A stretch of DNA of 64,000 nt, from positions 29,151 through 93,150 of IMG/VR virus record IMGVR_UViG_3300025121_000886; one strand, 5' to 3'. Both the position numbers and the translations under genes were made by a program. Below, piece after piece: positions 31,062 to 41,231 of the stretch. The notes beneath the pieces are model-generated. The model was not told the origin of the DNA. It saw nothing but the letters and a program-made list of their open reading frames with translations, and ran no database searches. The first letter of the stretch is position 1. Every line of letters begins with the position of its first letter. This DNA is from a virus.

Positions 31062-31556
31062 ATGAATATAAATAGTTCATTCTCAACGGTAATAAATGGA
31101 CTTAAAGTTAAAGGAAAACATTCTTTAGCAAAAAAAGTTCAGGAAAAAATGAAAAAGTTAATGGCAGATGTTATAAAAACTGCTGGCTTTAAATTCACAA
31201 GGATATGGATAGATAGTCATCATGGACCCTCTTTAGCTATTAATTTCAAAGATGAATTACATTATGTAGGTGGTGCGAACTCAAGAGATATGGAAGTTGT
31301 TGTTCAAGGAAATGATTTGTATATTGATACACATGTTCCAAATCAAGACATAAGGTCTTGTGAACTTCATGAACTTGGTAAAGGTGATATCCTCAGAGCT
31401 GAAATATTTGAAAGAGGAAGTGATCAATATGGAGAAAAAGTAGAAATATACTCTTGTACCAGAGAAATGACCTTCCAGGGCGAAGATTATACAGAAGAGA
31501 TTGCTAATATGGATACAAAAGAATTTATAGATTATGCAGAAAACTATATGTTTTAA
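31062..31556 (+). CDS. Hypothetical protein with N-terminal shared helical tag
   Basis: VINGLKVKGKHSLAKKVQ then KTA-G. Confidence 0.7.
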   Translation: MNINSSFSTVINGLKVKGKHSLAKKVQEKMKKLMADVIKTAGFKFTRIWIDSHHGPSLAINFKDELHYVGGANSRDMEVVVQGNDLYIDTHVPNQDIRSCELHELGKGDILRAEIFERGSDQYGEKVEIYSCTREMTFQGEDYTEEIANMDTKEFIDYAENYMF

Positions 31557-31597
31557 CATAATTCTAAAATTTTTATGTCAAATATTGGAGAAATTAT

Positions 31598-32041
31598 ATG
31601 AATCAATTAAATACCCTAAAAGATATATTTAGAACAGCCCAGATGCTTGAAAAAGATGGTCATGGTATAGAATCTATAAAACTATACTCTAACATTTTGA
31701 ATATGCTTGGAGAGAAAGATCCCTGCAATAAAATCATAAAAGATATTGAGGAAAAATATGAATCATATCAAGACCATTTTCAGAAAACAGGGTCTGAAAA
31801 AGTTAGTCCTAATCAAAAAAAGAGACAGTCTTTACAAAAAAGCATAGACAAAATTGTAGAGATCATAAGTGCTATGAGAGCAGCTAGAAAACCTTTATTA
31901 GCTAAATTACATGGCAGTATTTTACCAAAACTTGCTTTAGGACTTCGTTTAAAATTAAAGATATTAGCTGATAAAATAAAAAAGTTAGAAGAAAAAGTAG
32001 AAAAGTTACGAGAACAAAAGAAAAAAATTGCTGACAAATAA
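31598..32041 (+). CDS. Coiled-coil hypothetical protein with N-terminal shared helical tag
   Basis: RTAQMLEKDGHGIESIKL; GGAG RBS. Confidence 0.65.
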   Translation: MNQLNTLKDIFRTAQMLEKDGHGIESIKLYSNILNMLGEKDPCNKIIKDIEEKYESYQDHFQKTGSEKVSPNQKKRQSLQKSIDKIVEIISAMRAARKPLLAKLHGSILPKLALGLRLKLKILADKIKKLEEKVEKLREQKKKIADK

Positions 32042-32046
32042 TTGAA

Positions 32047-32805
32047 ATGTTCTCAATCTTAATCCCAACCTGTATTCAAAGACTTTCTATAACAAAAGAT
32101 TTAATACTTCAGATCATAAAGACAAATCCACAAACCATAAAAGATAATCTATTAAAAATATACATGACATTACACATCCCCCGTCTTGATAAGCATAATG
32201 CCAAGATTATAGAAGAATTATCTTATATAAAAGAGATAAAAATAATCTACCCCAAAAATACTCACATCTCAAAAAACTTAAATATTATGTTAACAACAGC
32301 CTTACATGAAAATATATCAGATGAATTATATCTCATTAAAATAGATGACGACACATATCCACTAGAAAATGATTGGTTAAATGTATATAGAGAAGTATAT
32401 AATAGAATACCGGGTGTCGGAGTATTATATTCTTGTAAAACTTTAACTGAAATATATGAAAGGCTTCTTAATAATATTGGAATAACAAGTCAAGAAAAAA
32501 GCGGTATGCTTATGTTTTTCAATAGAAAAATAATTAATAAATTGGGTGGTTTTCAGGAATTGCTTGATCCTTATGGTAATGAAGACCTCGATTTCTTACT
32601 TCGTTCTGAACTTTCCGGTCTTAATAATTATGGAGTTCTTAGAACGGGAGATCACGGTATCTCAGTAAAACATGGAAAAGAAGTATATCCCAAATTAAAC
32701 AGTTGCTTTGATAAAAACGCTAGAGAATTAGCACAAGAAAAATTTCAGAGTATAAAAAAAGAATATCTGACAAAAAACAGATCAACAAAAATATATTTGG
32801 AGTGA
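32047..32805 (+). CDS. Glycosyltransferase family 2
   Basis: FSILIPT, KIDDD (DxD), LGGF...YGNEDLDF. Confidence 0.8.
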   Translation: MFSILIPTCIQRLSITKDLILQIIKTNPQTIKDNLLKIYMTLHIPRLDKHNAKIIEELSYIKEIKIIYPKNTHISKNLNIMLTTALHENISDELYLIKIDDDTYPLENDWLNVYREVYNRIPGVGVLYSCKTLTEIYERLLNNIGITSQEKSGMLMFFNRKIINKLGGFQELLDPYGNEDLDFLLRSELSGLNNYGVLRTGDHGISVKHGKEVYPKLNSCFDKNARELAQEKFQSIKKEYLTKNRSTKIYLE

Positions 32806-33329
32806 TTATGGGAAATAATATAAAAACAATAGAATTTGAAAATTTTTTGGTGTCTAAAAAAGACATGCTAGAAGGTCTAAAATCAATAAAAACGGGAAGA
32901 TCTAGCAATGAGCCATTATCGTTACCCTCTAAAGTGATAGAAATTCCGGACAGAAAAGTATTTTTATACATAGGCTGTATAAAAAAATTGGTGTCCATGA
33001 TGCTCTATGGAAAATTGTCTACAAAGTGTGAAATGCTTGATATGAACGAGTCCCAATATTATGAGGTACCTTCTAAGGGAGAAGCATTCATTTTCGATCC
33101 TGATGAAAGATATGGTGGTCTAGAAAAGATTATGAAGATGTCTGATCTCGATGCATTATCAGCACAGATAAAATTAAATAAACCCCTTAAGAAAATAAAA
33201 CCCCGTCAAGCAAATTATGATAAAAAACCAACTCTTAGCGACATAGTCTATGAACTTGAAATACGTGGGAAGACTGTTTTAGCCGATAAACTCCAAGAAA
33301 AAATTCAGGATATTAAAGAGGAGATATAA
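32802..33329 (+). CDS. Hypothetical protein with C-terminal shared helical tag
   Basis: DIVYELEIRGKTVLADKLQEKI. Confidence 0.6.
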   Translation: MIMGNNIKTIEFENFLVSKKDMLEGLKSIKTGRSSNEPLSLPSKVIEIPDRKVFLYIGCIKKLVSMMLYGKLSTKCEMLDMNESQYYEVPSKGEAFIFDPDERYGGLEKIMKMSDLDALSAQIKLNKPLKKIKPRQANYDKKPTLSDIVYELEIRGKTVLADKLQEKIQDIKEEI

Positions 33330-33330
33330 T

Positions 33331-35499
33331 ATGGGATTACATCCAGTAACTGGTAGAGATATGGGAAGTTCATGCCTATTAATCGTAGGCACAGATACTC
33401 AAACAGCTCAATATAAGACAATGAATGCAGCTTTAACAGAAGCAGCGAGAATAAAGGCAGAAGACCCCACAAAATATGTTACCTTAATGCTTCTCCCCGG
33501 GAGTTATAATGCTCCAACTTTGACCGTTCCAGACAAAACTTGTATAACTGGCATTCCTGGAGGTGATGGAGAATCTATAAAAATATTATCTGGTAATTCT
33601 CCGTGGGTCATAAATGGAAATTATATAACACTCCAAAATTTGACAATAGATGCTACAAATACGTCAGGTATGGTCTTATTAGCTATACACACATCTGCAA
33701 CAAATGTTTTTGTTAAATCATTAAAATTTGTATGCACCAAGGCAAATACCACCTTAATGTCTGTAACAGAATCAACGCGGATTCAATTACAAGATATTAA
33801 CTTTGATATATCAAATACTGGTGGAGATGTTCTTTTGGTAAATGGATCATCTGCTGATGTAATATTAAAAAATATAGCTGGTAGATCATCCGCTTTAATG
33901 GATAATGGCTTTAACATACAGGAAGCTAGTATTATTGATATCGATGGTTGTAATTTAGACATAGACTGTGCTGGAGCAGTAGCTAGGTTAGCTAATATAG
34001 CTAATTTATATCTACAAAACTCCAAATTCTCTGGGGGGAGTAGAGGTATTAAGATAGAAAACTGCCCTGCTTTTGTCGGAAATGGGATCAATGTAAAAAA
34101 TAATACAGTTTTTAACATAGCTGTTGATGAATCATCCACAGCAAACTCCTCTACTGGGATGATATCCGTCCTGGGTGACATAAATCCCAATAAAATATAC
34201 AATAACAGTAATGGTGCATCTATCGCTGCTATGACAAAAAGAGAAGACTCAATTGATCGTATTCAATACTTAATTGGGTCTCAAGTTGTTGGAAATCAAA
34301 AAACACCATCAGAGCTATTTGTAGGTGAAGGATGTCCAGATCCCAGTAATTTAACGATTTACCAACGAGACCCCACCAGTATATTTCATAGAATTGACTC
34401 CGGTGGATATGGCGATGCCATAACTTTTGACTCCGAGACTGCTGGAAATTGTCTTTATATTGGTTCAACATTTGTTAGAGGTGCTGAGGCAAAGAGAAAA
34501 CATTATGGCTTTCAATATGAGCTGTCTCAAACAATGTTGGGTGGTACTATTGTATTTGAATACTATGATGGAGCAACCTGGCAAGAATTTGATACAATGA
34601 CAACGAGCAGTTCATTTGTCAATCCAAGTGAATTATCTTCTAGAATAGGAAGTTTTGGAAACAATCCTTTTCTGAGACAAGACAAATTAGAAGAATTATA
34701 CTATTCATTACAACCGTTATCATCAGAATGGGAAGATAACTCTGAACCGGGAGTCACCTTCAAGTTTATGAGGATTAGAATAACATCTCTATTGACAAGA
34801 AAACCCATATTCAAATACATTAGATTACATTGCAACTCTTCTTGTATTAGAGGGAATGGTACAATACAATATTATGGTAATAGCCGAGTATGGCAACCTC
34901 TTTGGAGTAGCAGAGACTTTATAGAGCGTAGAAGAGACACCTTTGGTTCTGATCTAGCTGATGTTCAAATAGGTGGTGTTTTAACAGGGTGGGATCATCA
35001 ACATGGTGCTAAGCTAAGAAATGCATCAGCTGATGAAATATATGGAACATTTACGGTAACAGAGGGTTTAGATACAAGCACTCCTCTTAAATTAGCTGTG
35101 TGGTATCAAATATCTGGGGTTTTGGGGGGGAGTAATCCTATTCAATTAAAATTTGATTACATTAGACGCGGTATAAAAGAAGCTAAATTTCCAGATGGTA
35201 CATCAGTCCGTGTGGACTCTGAATCCATAGATACTGCTGGTATTGCTCAAAATATTGGAACAATATCAATTCCAAAACCAGCGGACACGAATAAAATATT
35301 TAGATATGTCTTATTCTCAGACAATAATAATAGCGGTTTAAAATTAAAAGATTATTATCCAGGAGACCTCGTTTTCTTCAGATTGACCAGAGTATTATCT
35401 GGTGGATATACAGGAATTTTAAACATACATGCTGTGGAAGTATATGGATCATTTTATTTGATTGGTGCTAATAATCTGGCTGTAAATCTTATAAATTAA
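33331..35499 (+). CDS. Pectin-lyase-like beta-helix spike/depolymerase-like protein
   Basis: YKTMNAAL...LLPGSY start of beta-helix, ITLQNLTID repeats, beta-sandwich C-terminus. Confidence 0.7.
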   Translation: MGLHPVTGRDMGSSCLLIVGTDTQTAQYKTMNAALTEAARIKAEDPTKYVTLMLLPGSYNAPTLTVPDKTCITGIPGGDGESIKILSGNSPWVINGNYITLQNLTIDATNTSGMVLLAIHTSATNVFVKSLKFVCTKANTTLMSVTESTRIQLQDINFDISNTGGDVLLVNGSSADVILKNIAGRSSALMDNGFNIQEASIIDIDGCNLDIDCAGAVARLANIANLYLQNSKFSGGSRGIKIENCPAFVGNGINVKNNTVFNIAVDESSTANSSTGMISVLGDINPNKIYNNSNGASIAAMTKREDSIDRIQYLIGSQVVGNQKTPSELFVGEGCPDPSNLTIYQRDPTSIFHRIDSGGYGDAITFDSETAGNCLYIGSTFVRGAEAKRKHYGFQYELSQTMLGGTIVFEYYDGATWQEFDTMTTSSSFVNPSELSSRIGSFGNNPFLRQDKLEELYYSLQPLSSEWEDNSEPGVTFKFMRIRITSLLTRKPIFKYIRLHCNSSCIRGNGTIQYYGNSRVWQPLWSSRDFIERRRDTFGSDLADVQIGGVLTGWDHQHGAKLRNASADEIYGTFTVTEGLDTSTPLKLAVWYQISGVLGGSNPIQLKFDYIRRGIKEAKFPDGTSVRVDSESIDTAGIAQNIGTISIPKPADTNKIFRYVLFSDNNNSGLKLKDYYPGDLVFFRLTRVLSGGYTGILNIHAVEVYGSFYLIGANNLAVNLIN

Positions 35500-35545
35500 T
35501 AGAAACAACTAACTCTGTAAAACAAACAATGGATGGAGAAAAGAT

Positions 35546-35788
35546 ATGAAAAATCTTATGGAAAAAATAGGTAATATCTTAGAAAAAAAGGGTGATCCTC
35601 TGGCAAGATACACAAAAAGATATGCAGCAGAAGATGGGGGAAAGAGAGATGAGTATATGAAACTCTTCAAAGATACTCTGGAGAAATTCAAGGTAAACAG
35701 CCCATCAGAATTAGATGAAGGAGAAAAAATAAAGTTTTTTAAGGAAATCGATAAAAACTGGACATCTAAAGAAGAAAAAAAGGATTGA
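35546..35788 (+). CDS. Small protein with N-terminal shared helical tag
   Basis: EKIGNILEKKGDPLA..RYA-A then EYMKLFKDTLEKFKVNSPSEL module; GGAG RBS. Confidence 0.7.
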   Translation: MKNLMEKIGNILEKKGDPLARYTKRYAAEDGGKRDEYMKLFKDTLEKFKVNSPSELDEGEKIKFFKEIDKNWTSKEEKKD

Positions 35789-35802
35789 GAAAAAAATAGT
35801 TT

Positions 35803-36141
35803 ATGTATATCAATGATGATAAAAAAGCAATTCTTTCAGATAATGAGCTTAAAACAGGGGATGTGTTTTGTCCACTCTGCTTAAACTTTTTGATCGAAAA
35901 TACGACCCATTTTAAATGTTTTAAGTGCAATAATTCAATATTATTTGAGAATATTATTAATTTTCCGATAAAATGGAAGTTAACGATAGACGCTTCTAAG
36001 ATATCTAAGACGATTCCTTTTAAAAACGACAAATATCTAAACATAAAAAACATTATTCATAATGTGCTAGAATCTCTTGAAAAAGAGACCACAAATGATT
36101 ATATTAATATTAAAAATAAATTAAAAAATATAATAGAATAG
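35803..36141 (+). CDS. Hypothetical zinc-ribbon protein
   Basis: CPLC...CFKC. Confidence 0.55.
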   Translation: MYINDDKKAILSDNELKTGDVFCPLCLNFLIENTTHFKCFKCNNSILFENIINFPIKWKLTIDASKISKTIPFKNDKYLNIKNIIHNVLESLEKETTNDYINIKNKLKNIIE

Positions 36142-36150
36142 GAGAACAAA

Positions 36151-36570
36151 ATGCCTATAGAATGCACTTGTAAAAAATTTGGTAGAGATAGATGCCGAGT
36201 ACACCCCACAATAAAAAGTATAGTAAGAGGAGAACAACGTTCTCTAGAAAACATAGAAATGATTAGAAAAAGTTCTGTGGCAATGAAACAGAGAGAGGCT
36301 GAGGAAAACAAAGCAAAATATGAAAATAAAAAGATAGAAATAGAAGAGAATCAGAAAATATTAGTTGCACATGGTGTAAAAAAAGCACCTGAAAAGAACT
36401 TAGAAGTTGTTGAAAAAATAACTCCAAAAAAACCTGAAAATAAAAAGGTGATAGAAGTCCCAAAAAATGAAAAACCTAAGAATAAAACTGATAAAATAAA
36501 AGAAAAAGAAGTAGAAGTAAAAATCCCCGATAAAAAAGAAGATGATATACCCATCAGTTTTGAGGAATAA
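36151..36570 (+). CDS. Hypothetical Lys/Glu-rich protein
   Basis: AGGAG RBS; N-terminal CTC..C..H. Confidence 0.6.
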   Translation: MPIECTCKKFGRDRCRVHPTIKSIVRGEQRSLENIEMIRKSSVAMKQREAEENKAKYENKKIEIEENQKILVAHGVKKAPEKNLEVVEKITPKKPENKKVIEVPKNEKPKNKTDKIKEKEVEVKIPDKKEDDIPISFEE

Positions 36571-36576
36571 AAAAAC

Positions 36577-36966
36577 ATGATCGATTTTATGATTAGCATA
36601 TTAGCTGTATGTGGCTTTTCTTATCTAATGGTAGACAGCGATATATTCACAAAATACAGAGACATACTCTCTGAAAAAAGTAGTTTTTTTGAGGGATTGT
36701 TTCAATGTTATTATTGCTCTGGTTTATATTCTGGGATAATCGTATATTTATTGGGTTGGCTAGAAGGATCACATAATTTTTCAGCATTCTCTTTGATAAA
36801 ATTCTCGGTAGCCTCAATAATTATCTCTGGAGTATTTGAAGAATTTAGAGATAATAGCTCTAGTATACGACTTGGTATATTTGAGACATTAAAACGATTT
36901 CCTATAAAAAGACGCCCAATTGCTAAAAAAATAGAGAATATGGATCAAAAAGTTGTCAATAATTAA
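36577..36966 (+). CDS. DUF1360-like membrane protein
   Basis: Hydrophobic helices with GLFQCYYCSGLY motif. Confidence 0.6.
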   Translation: MIDFMISILAVCGFSYLMVDSDIFTKYRDILSEKSSFFEGLFQCYYCSGLYSGIIVYLLGWLEGSHNFSAFSLIKFSVASIIISGVFEEFRDNSSSIRLGIFETLKRFPIKRRPIAKKIENMDQKVVNN

Positions 36967-37798
36967 TTCAATACGTGAAGTCATAATCAAAACTATTATA
37001 AACAAAGATGCTAATTGTTTTTCTTTCGCATCTGCTTTTAATAGCGATAATCCCCCCACGACAAAAAATAAATTAAGCATCCATAGATTATTGGAAGATA
37101 ACTCTATTGAATTTAAAAAATATTTGTTGTGTGTAGGAAGAGATTTAGCTGTAGAAGATAATGACACTGTTTTTATCGCTTTTTTAGCTAAAGGAGTAGA
37201 AAACTGTTGGAAGATCATATACATATCTAAAAGAAAAATAATTAACACAGAAGTATTATATGTAAACAACTCTGAACAAGTATTTTTATTAGATCCTTCT
37301 AAACATAATTTGATAAATACCTGGGTATCAGAAGAATTATTAAAAGGGATTCTTATCGATGATTTTAATTTTTCTGAAAATGTATTTCTGACGATAAATA
37401 CTTTAATAGAACCAGAAAAAGAACCTTCAGGAAATCTCCCCAATATATACAGACATAAAAATATAATATTTACCTATGACTGTCGTGGATCATGTATAGC
37501 AACACCATGTGATGAAGATGGTCTATTTGATCTACCTCAACAAATATTAAATGATGCAATTCCATTATTGTTCACAGAAGGAGACTCCAGTGAAATAGCT
37601 GTTTTATTAACAGACTCCATGTATGTAGATTATGGAGCATATTTATTATTTTTTTCTACAAAAAAGAAAAAGCCGGACATATATTTTTGTGAAAATTATG
37701 AAGATCATGATTGGAAGAAATTGAATCAGAGAGAAGTTTCCCGCCTACCCAATAATATCAAAACTCTAAAAAACGTATTCAAGCAAAGTGTCAATTAA
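36953..37798 (+). CDS. Hypothetical protein
   Basis: 281-aa ORF. Confidence 0.6.
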   Translation: MSIINSIREVIIKTIINKDANCFSFASAFNSDNPPTTKNKLSIHRLLEDNSIEFKKYLLCVGRDLAVEDNDTVFIAFLAKGVENCWKIIYISKRKIINTEVLYVNNSEQVFLLDPSKHNLINTWVSEELLKGILIDDFNFSENVFLTINTLIEPEKEPSGNLPNIYRHKNIIFTYDCRGSCIATPCDEDGLFDLPQQILNDAIPLLFTEGDSSEIAVLLTDSMYVDYGAYLLFFSTKKKKPDIYFCENYEDHDWKKLNQREVSRLPNNIKTLKNVFKQSVN

Positions 37799-37974
37799 AT
37801 CAATTAAACAATCCAAAGAACAAGAATAGACTAATAATAAAAAGGTTGAGGTTATTTCTTAAAAAGAGACCACAAATAACCTTATTTTAAGGTCTATAAA
37901 AATGGTTATATTTTTCACTTCTTTTATAAAAAATTTATGATATTATAGGATCATAAGAAATTAAGGAGTTTTCC

Positions 37975-38361
37975 ATGAGATATTCCAAGGACATTCTGGA
38001 AGATATGGCTGTGATGATCAGGGAATCTGGTCTAATAGCTGAATCTCATAAGATATTAGACATTATCGAAAATTTTGGTTTAGGGGCGGGGACAAAAAGG
38101 TTAATAATTGCGGAGGATACTGAAAATATTAAAGTGAAAAACCCCGGAATTCTGGAAATACCACAAGGTAAATCATTTTTAAGTACCCCCACCACACATT
38201 TTATAAAGCTGGTGAATAAAAAGGGGAAAAAAGCGGTACAACTCGCTTTATTGAACCTTGAACGATGGAATTCAGCTTCTAATAAAAAAGGTGATCCGGA
38301 TATCAGGAAGAAAGCGAAAGAAGTTATAGATATGATAAAAAAGATGAAAATACCTAAATAA
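37975..38361 (+). CDS. Hypothetical protein with N-terminal shared helical tag
   Basis: EDMAVMIRESGLIAESHKILD then IIA-E; AAGGAG RBS. Confidence 0.7.
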   Translation: MRYSKDILEDMAVMIRESGLIAESHKILDIIENFGLGAGTKRLIIAEDTENIKVKNPGILEIPQGKSFLSTPTTHFIKLVNKKGKKAVQLALLNLERWNSASNKKGDPDIRKKAKEVIDMIKKMKIPK

Positions 38362-38385
38362 TAATTTACCAAAAGGAGAATTAAT

Positions 38386-38697
38386 ATGAGACATGCTAGA
38401 TACATGAGACCCAGAACAGAACGAAGAGCAGAAGACGAATCAGATGAAATTTTGACAAAGAAAGAGAATGAACTTAAAAAGTTGAAAACCGCCGTTGACA
38501 AGATATTTGATGAAGATCTTCGAGATACCTTCCATGAGGCTTTGAAGAAAAAGCTTCTTGAGATAAAAAAGAAGGTTGATCCAGAATTATTCGAGATGAT
38601 AACGGACGAAGTCGGTGATGACGCTCTTTTAGGCTATATAAAGGGAAATCTCTCTGTCTTATCTGAAGTTCCTAAAGCTGTTTGTGAAGACCTTTAA
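38386..38697 (+). CDS. Hypothetical protein
   Basis: AAGGAG RBS; RHA/RRA/KTA sites. Confidence 0.65.
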   Translation: MRHARYMRPRTERRAEDESDEILTKKENELKKLKTAVDKIFDEDLRDTFHEALKKKLLEIKKKVDPELFEMITDEVGDDALLGYIKGNLSVLSEVPKAVCEDL

Positions 38698-38779
38698 TCT
38701 ACCGAAATACCCCCTTCCTGTAAAATAATATTTTAAAAGACAATCCCTTGACTTAAAATCATCAAAAATCGAGCAGAAG

Positions 38780-39124
38780 ATGTATCAAAGATTAGAAATC
38801 AATCAAAAGGTGTTTCTCCAAAAAATACCAGAGACCATAAAGGAATTCAAGAAAGAAGCACCCTTAGAAAATGGCGTAATAACAGAGGTGAATAATATTT
38901 ATTTTAAGGTCAACGATCGGTATAGATTTTTCACAGAAACACATAAACAGGTGAAAAAAGCATATCATAAACCTTACAAAGTGTATTTCTCAGAAGTTGA
39001 ATACAGAGAAGATGCTAAAAGAAAATCTCTGCTAAATGAATTTCTAGAAAAAATCGACCGTCTTCTAGAAAATGATTCTCTGACAATTGAGCAGATAAAA
39101 AATTTGATTAGAGCGATAGCCTAA
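38780..39124 (+). CDS. Hypothetical protein
   Basis: 114-aa ORF. Confidence 0.6.
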   Translation: MYQRLEINQKVFLQKIPETIKEFKKEAPLENGVITEVNNIYFKVNDRYRFFTETHKQVKKAYHKPYKVYFSEVEYREDAKRKSLLNEFLEKIDRLLENDSLTIEQIKNLIRAIA

Positions 39125-39213
39125 AAAGACTAAGACTCTTTACCTCCCATATTATTTTAATAAGAAACATTGTGTTTTTTAAGTTAAATAACTCAACAAT
39201 TATATGGAGGTAA

Positions 39214-39396
39214 ATGTCTATGGCTACAAAAACAGCATATAAACGGCAAACAAAAAGAAAACATAAGCCAACAAGTAAAGGTAAACAAAAATATAAACAA
39301 TTAAAAAAGACTTTAAAAGGGCCAAAAAAGCTTCACGTTCTTAAAGTTAGAAAAATTTGGATGAAAAAAAATAAAAATAAGCTAAAGAAAAAATAG
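39214..39396 (+). CDS. Very basic Lys-rich 60-aa peptide
   Basis: Strong RBS GGAGGT; no acidic residues. Confidence 0.65.
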   Translation: MSMATKTAYKRQTKRKHKPTSKGKQKYKQLKKTLKGPKKLHVLKVRKIWMKKNKNKLKKK

Positions 39397-39530
39397 CCCA
39401 AAGTTTATAACTCATCTCATTTATCTAATAGCACACCATACCATATAAAACATCCAAAAAATTTCTGTAAAAACCTCATAGATATTATCTCACATTAAAT
39501 AATACACCTCTATGATAAAGGATTTTTCTT

Positions 39531-41231
39531 ATGTTAGGAGAATTTGATCCTATCCTACAAGAAGCTCTAGGAAAAGAATATTGGAGGGTTTATCACCCCT
39601 TTTATAAAGATAAAAAAAATAAACCACCCGAGTATGATGAAGGTCTTGTACTTCCAATCGATTACTTCACAAAAATATTAGGTGAACACCATATAGAACA
39701 CAAAGGATTACGCGTTTTAGAACTTGGTTGTGCTACTGGTATATCAGTCAATATTATGAGAAAAACTGGGATAAATGCTTTCGGTATCGAAATTTCTAAT
39801 TATATTCTCAATCAAGATCAATTAATCCCACCTGAAGTGAAACCATATATCTATCATATGGATATCAGAAATCTTGATATTTTTCCGGATAAAGCTTTCG
39901 ATTTATGCTGGAGCAATTCTATTGTACACATCCCACCTGAAAACATTCAAAAACATTTAACAGACATATCAAGAATATCTGAATATTTCTTTGTACATAC
40001 AATTTGTGAGGAAGATCCTTTCGGACGCTATCTATTATCCTGTGAAAATGAAAAGAGAGAGAGAATGATCTGGCATGGATTAAAATCTTGGCCTTGGTGG
40101 AAATATCAATTTGCTAAGGCTGGTTGGTGCCATCTAGGAGTAACATTTCCCCCTTATTGGAGTGGTTGGAATTTATTCTGTAACACAGCCTTTGAGAAGA
40201 GGTATATAAAGGGAGCAAATGAACTTCTTCTAAACGAAACAATAAAAGAAAACTCAGAGAGTAAGTATCCAAGACAAGGAGATATACTCTCTTTATTCAT
40301 CGGTGAAGAATCCCTGAGAATAAAAGGAGCTAATTCTATTGATTTTTCCTCATCTTTTGCCAATGGTCTAAAACCACTCTATGATCGATATGTTTATAGA
40401 CCTAAAAAATATATCTGGGGTGACAAAACTGTTATGATCCTAGATAATGAAATGGGGGATAATTATATAGATGAATTGGCAGAACTGACAAAAATTCATG
40501 GTAATATATTAGGTGTAACCCCAAATATAGCAAAAAAACTTCAAAAGATAGATAATTTTTATAGATATACCTTAAGAGAACCCTTATTTTCTGTAAAGAA
40601 TATCTTAGCCTTGAGAAGTCAAAGATATTATGAAATCAGAGCAGGAAAGAAACTATATGAAAATAGATTGATGTATAAAAATATCTTTTCTGAAGACCTC
40701 GATATCCCTAAAATTCTAGAATTTATCTACAAAAGCTGGGAGATCATTTTGGAGAAAGATGTTTCTTATAACGTACGTATTAACATAGCTGATTATACTC
40801 CCTGGTATAAATATCTCTATAATAGCCTAAAATTTGTGGATAAAAATGATTTATTAAACACAATACCCACATTTAAGATATTAGAAAAATATGTAGACAA
40901 CCCCGAATGTATTATTTTAGACCCCTCTATGATACATGGGGAAGTTATTTATGATAAAGACAACATTGTTGCTCTATGGTTAACATACAGGGCAACCCCC
41001 AAAGTTTCTATGCAAGCAATCAGATTTTCTGATCTTACCTATAAATTTTTATCCGATTACATAATCTATAGATCTGCATTAAATCAACCAGATGAAGTCG
41101 AGTTCATAAATGATATGGGGGTCACAAAAGAAGAAAAATTATTTGATTTTAAAAATCGATATGCTGAGATGTATACAAAAAATATAATACTTCAATACAG
41201 ACATCGAAGAAAAGGAGAAAATAAAGAATGA
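39531..41231 (+). CDS. Class I SAM methyltransferase fused to DUF2156 (aa-tRNA-dependent transferase-like) domain, copy 1
   Basis: VLELGCATG...GIEIS...FPDKAFDL; C-term EPLFSVKNILALRSQRYYEIR...VEFINDMG...LFDFKNRY. Confidence 0.75.
   Translation: MLGEFDPILQEALGKEYWRVYHPFYKDKKNKPPEYDEGLVLPIDYFTKILGEHHIEHKGLRVLELGCATGISVNIMRKTGINAFGIEISNYILNQDQLIPPEVKPYIYHMDIRNLDIFPDKAFDLCWSNSIVHIPPENIQKHLTDISRISEYFFVHTICEEDPFGRYLLSCENEKRERMIWHGLKSWPWWKYQFAKAGWCHLGVTFPPYWSGWNLFCNTAFEKRYIKGANELLLNETIKENSESKYPRQGDILSLFIGEESLRIKGANSIDFSSSFANGLKPLYDRYVYRPKKYIWGDKTVMILDNEMGDNYIDELAELTKIHGNILGVTPNIAKKLQKIDNFYRYTLREPLFSVKNILALRSQRYYEIRAGKKLYENRLMYKNIFSEDLDIPKILEFIYKSWEIILEKDVSYNVRINIADYTPWYKYLYNSLKFVDKNDLLNTIPTFKILEKYVDNPECIILDPSMIHGEVIYDKDNIVALWLTYRATPKVSMQAIRFSDLTYKFLSDYIIYRSALNQPDEVEFINDMGVTKEEKLFDFKNRYAEMYTKNIILQYRHRRKGENKE

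Noticed and set aside
2269-36151. Genome-wide TAG recoding: TAG stops at 2271, 24611 and 36141 are each in frame with the next gene
   Set aside because: Long genes (750-1132 aa) are intact under code 11, and other TAG stops are followed by nearby stops or out-of-frame genes. These junctions contain normal RBSs (AGGAG/GGAG), so in-frame spacing is plausibly chance.
36889-38501. Longer antisense ORFs (36889-37443, 38046-38501) and similar shadow ORFs across the track
   Set aside because: They overlap better-supported opposite-strand genes, most with RBSs, and show the Phe/Ser/Leu bias of reverse-complemented Lys/Glu-rich coding DNA.
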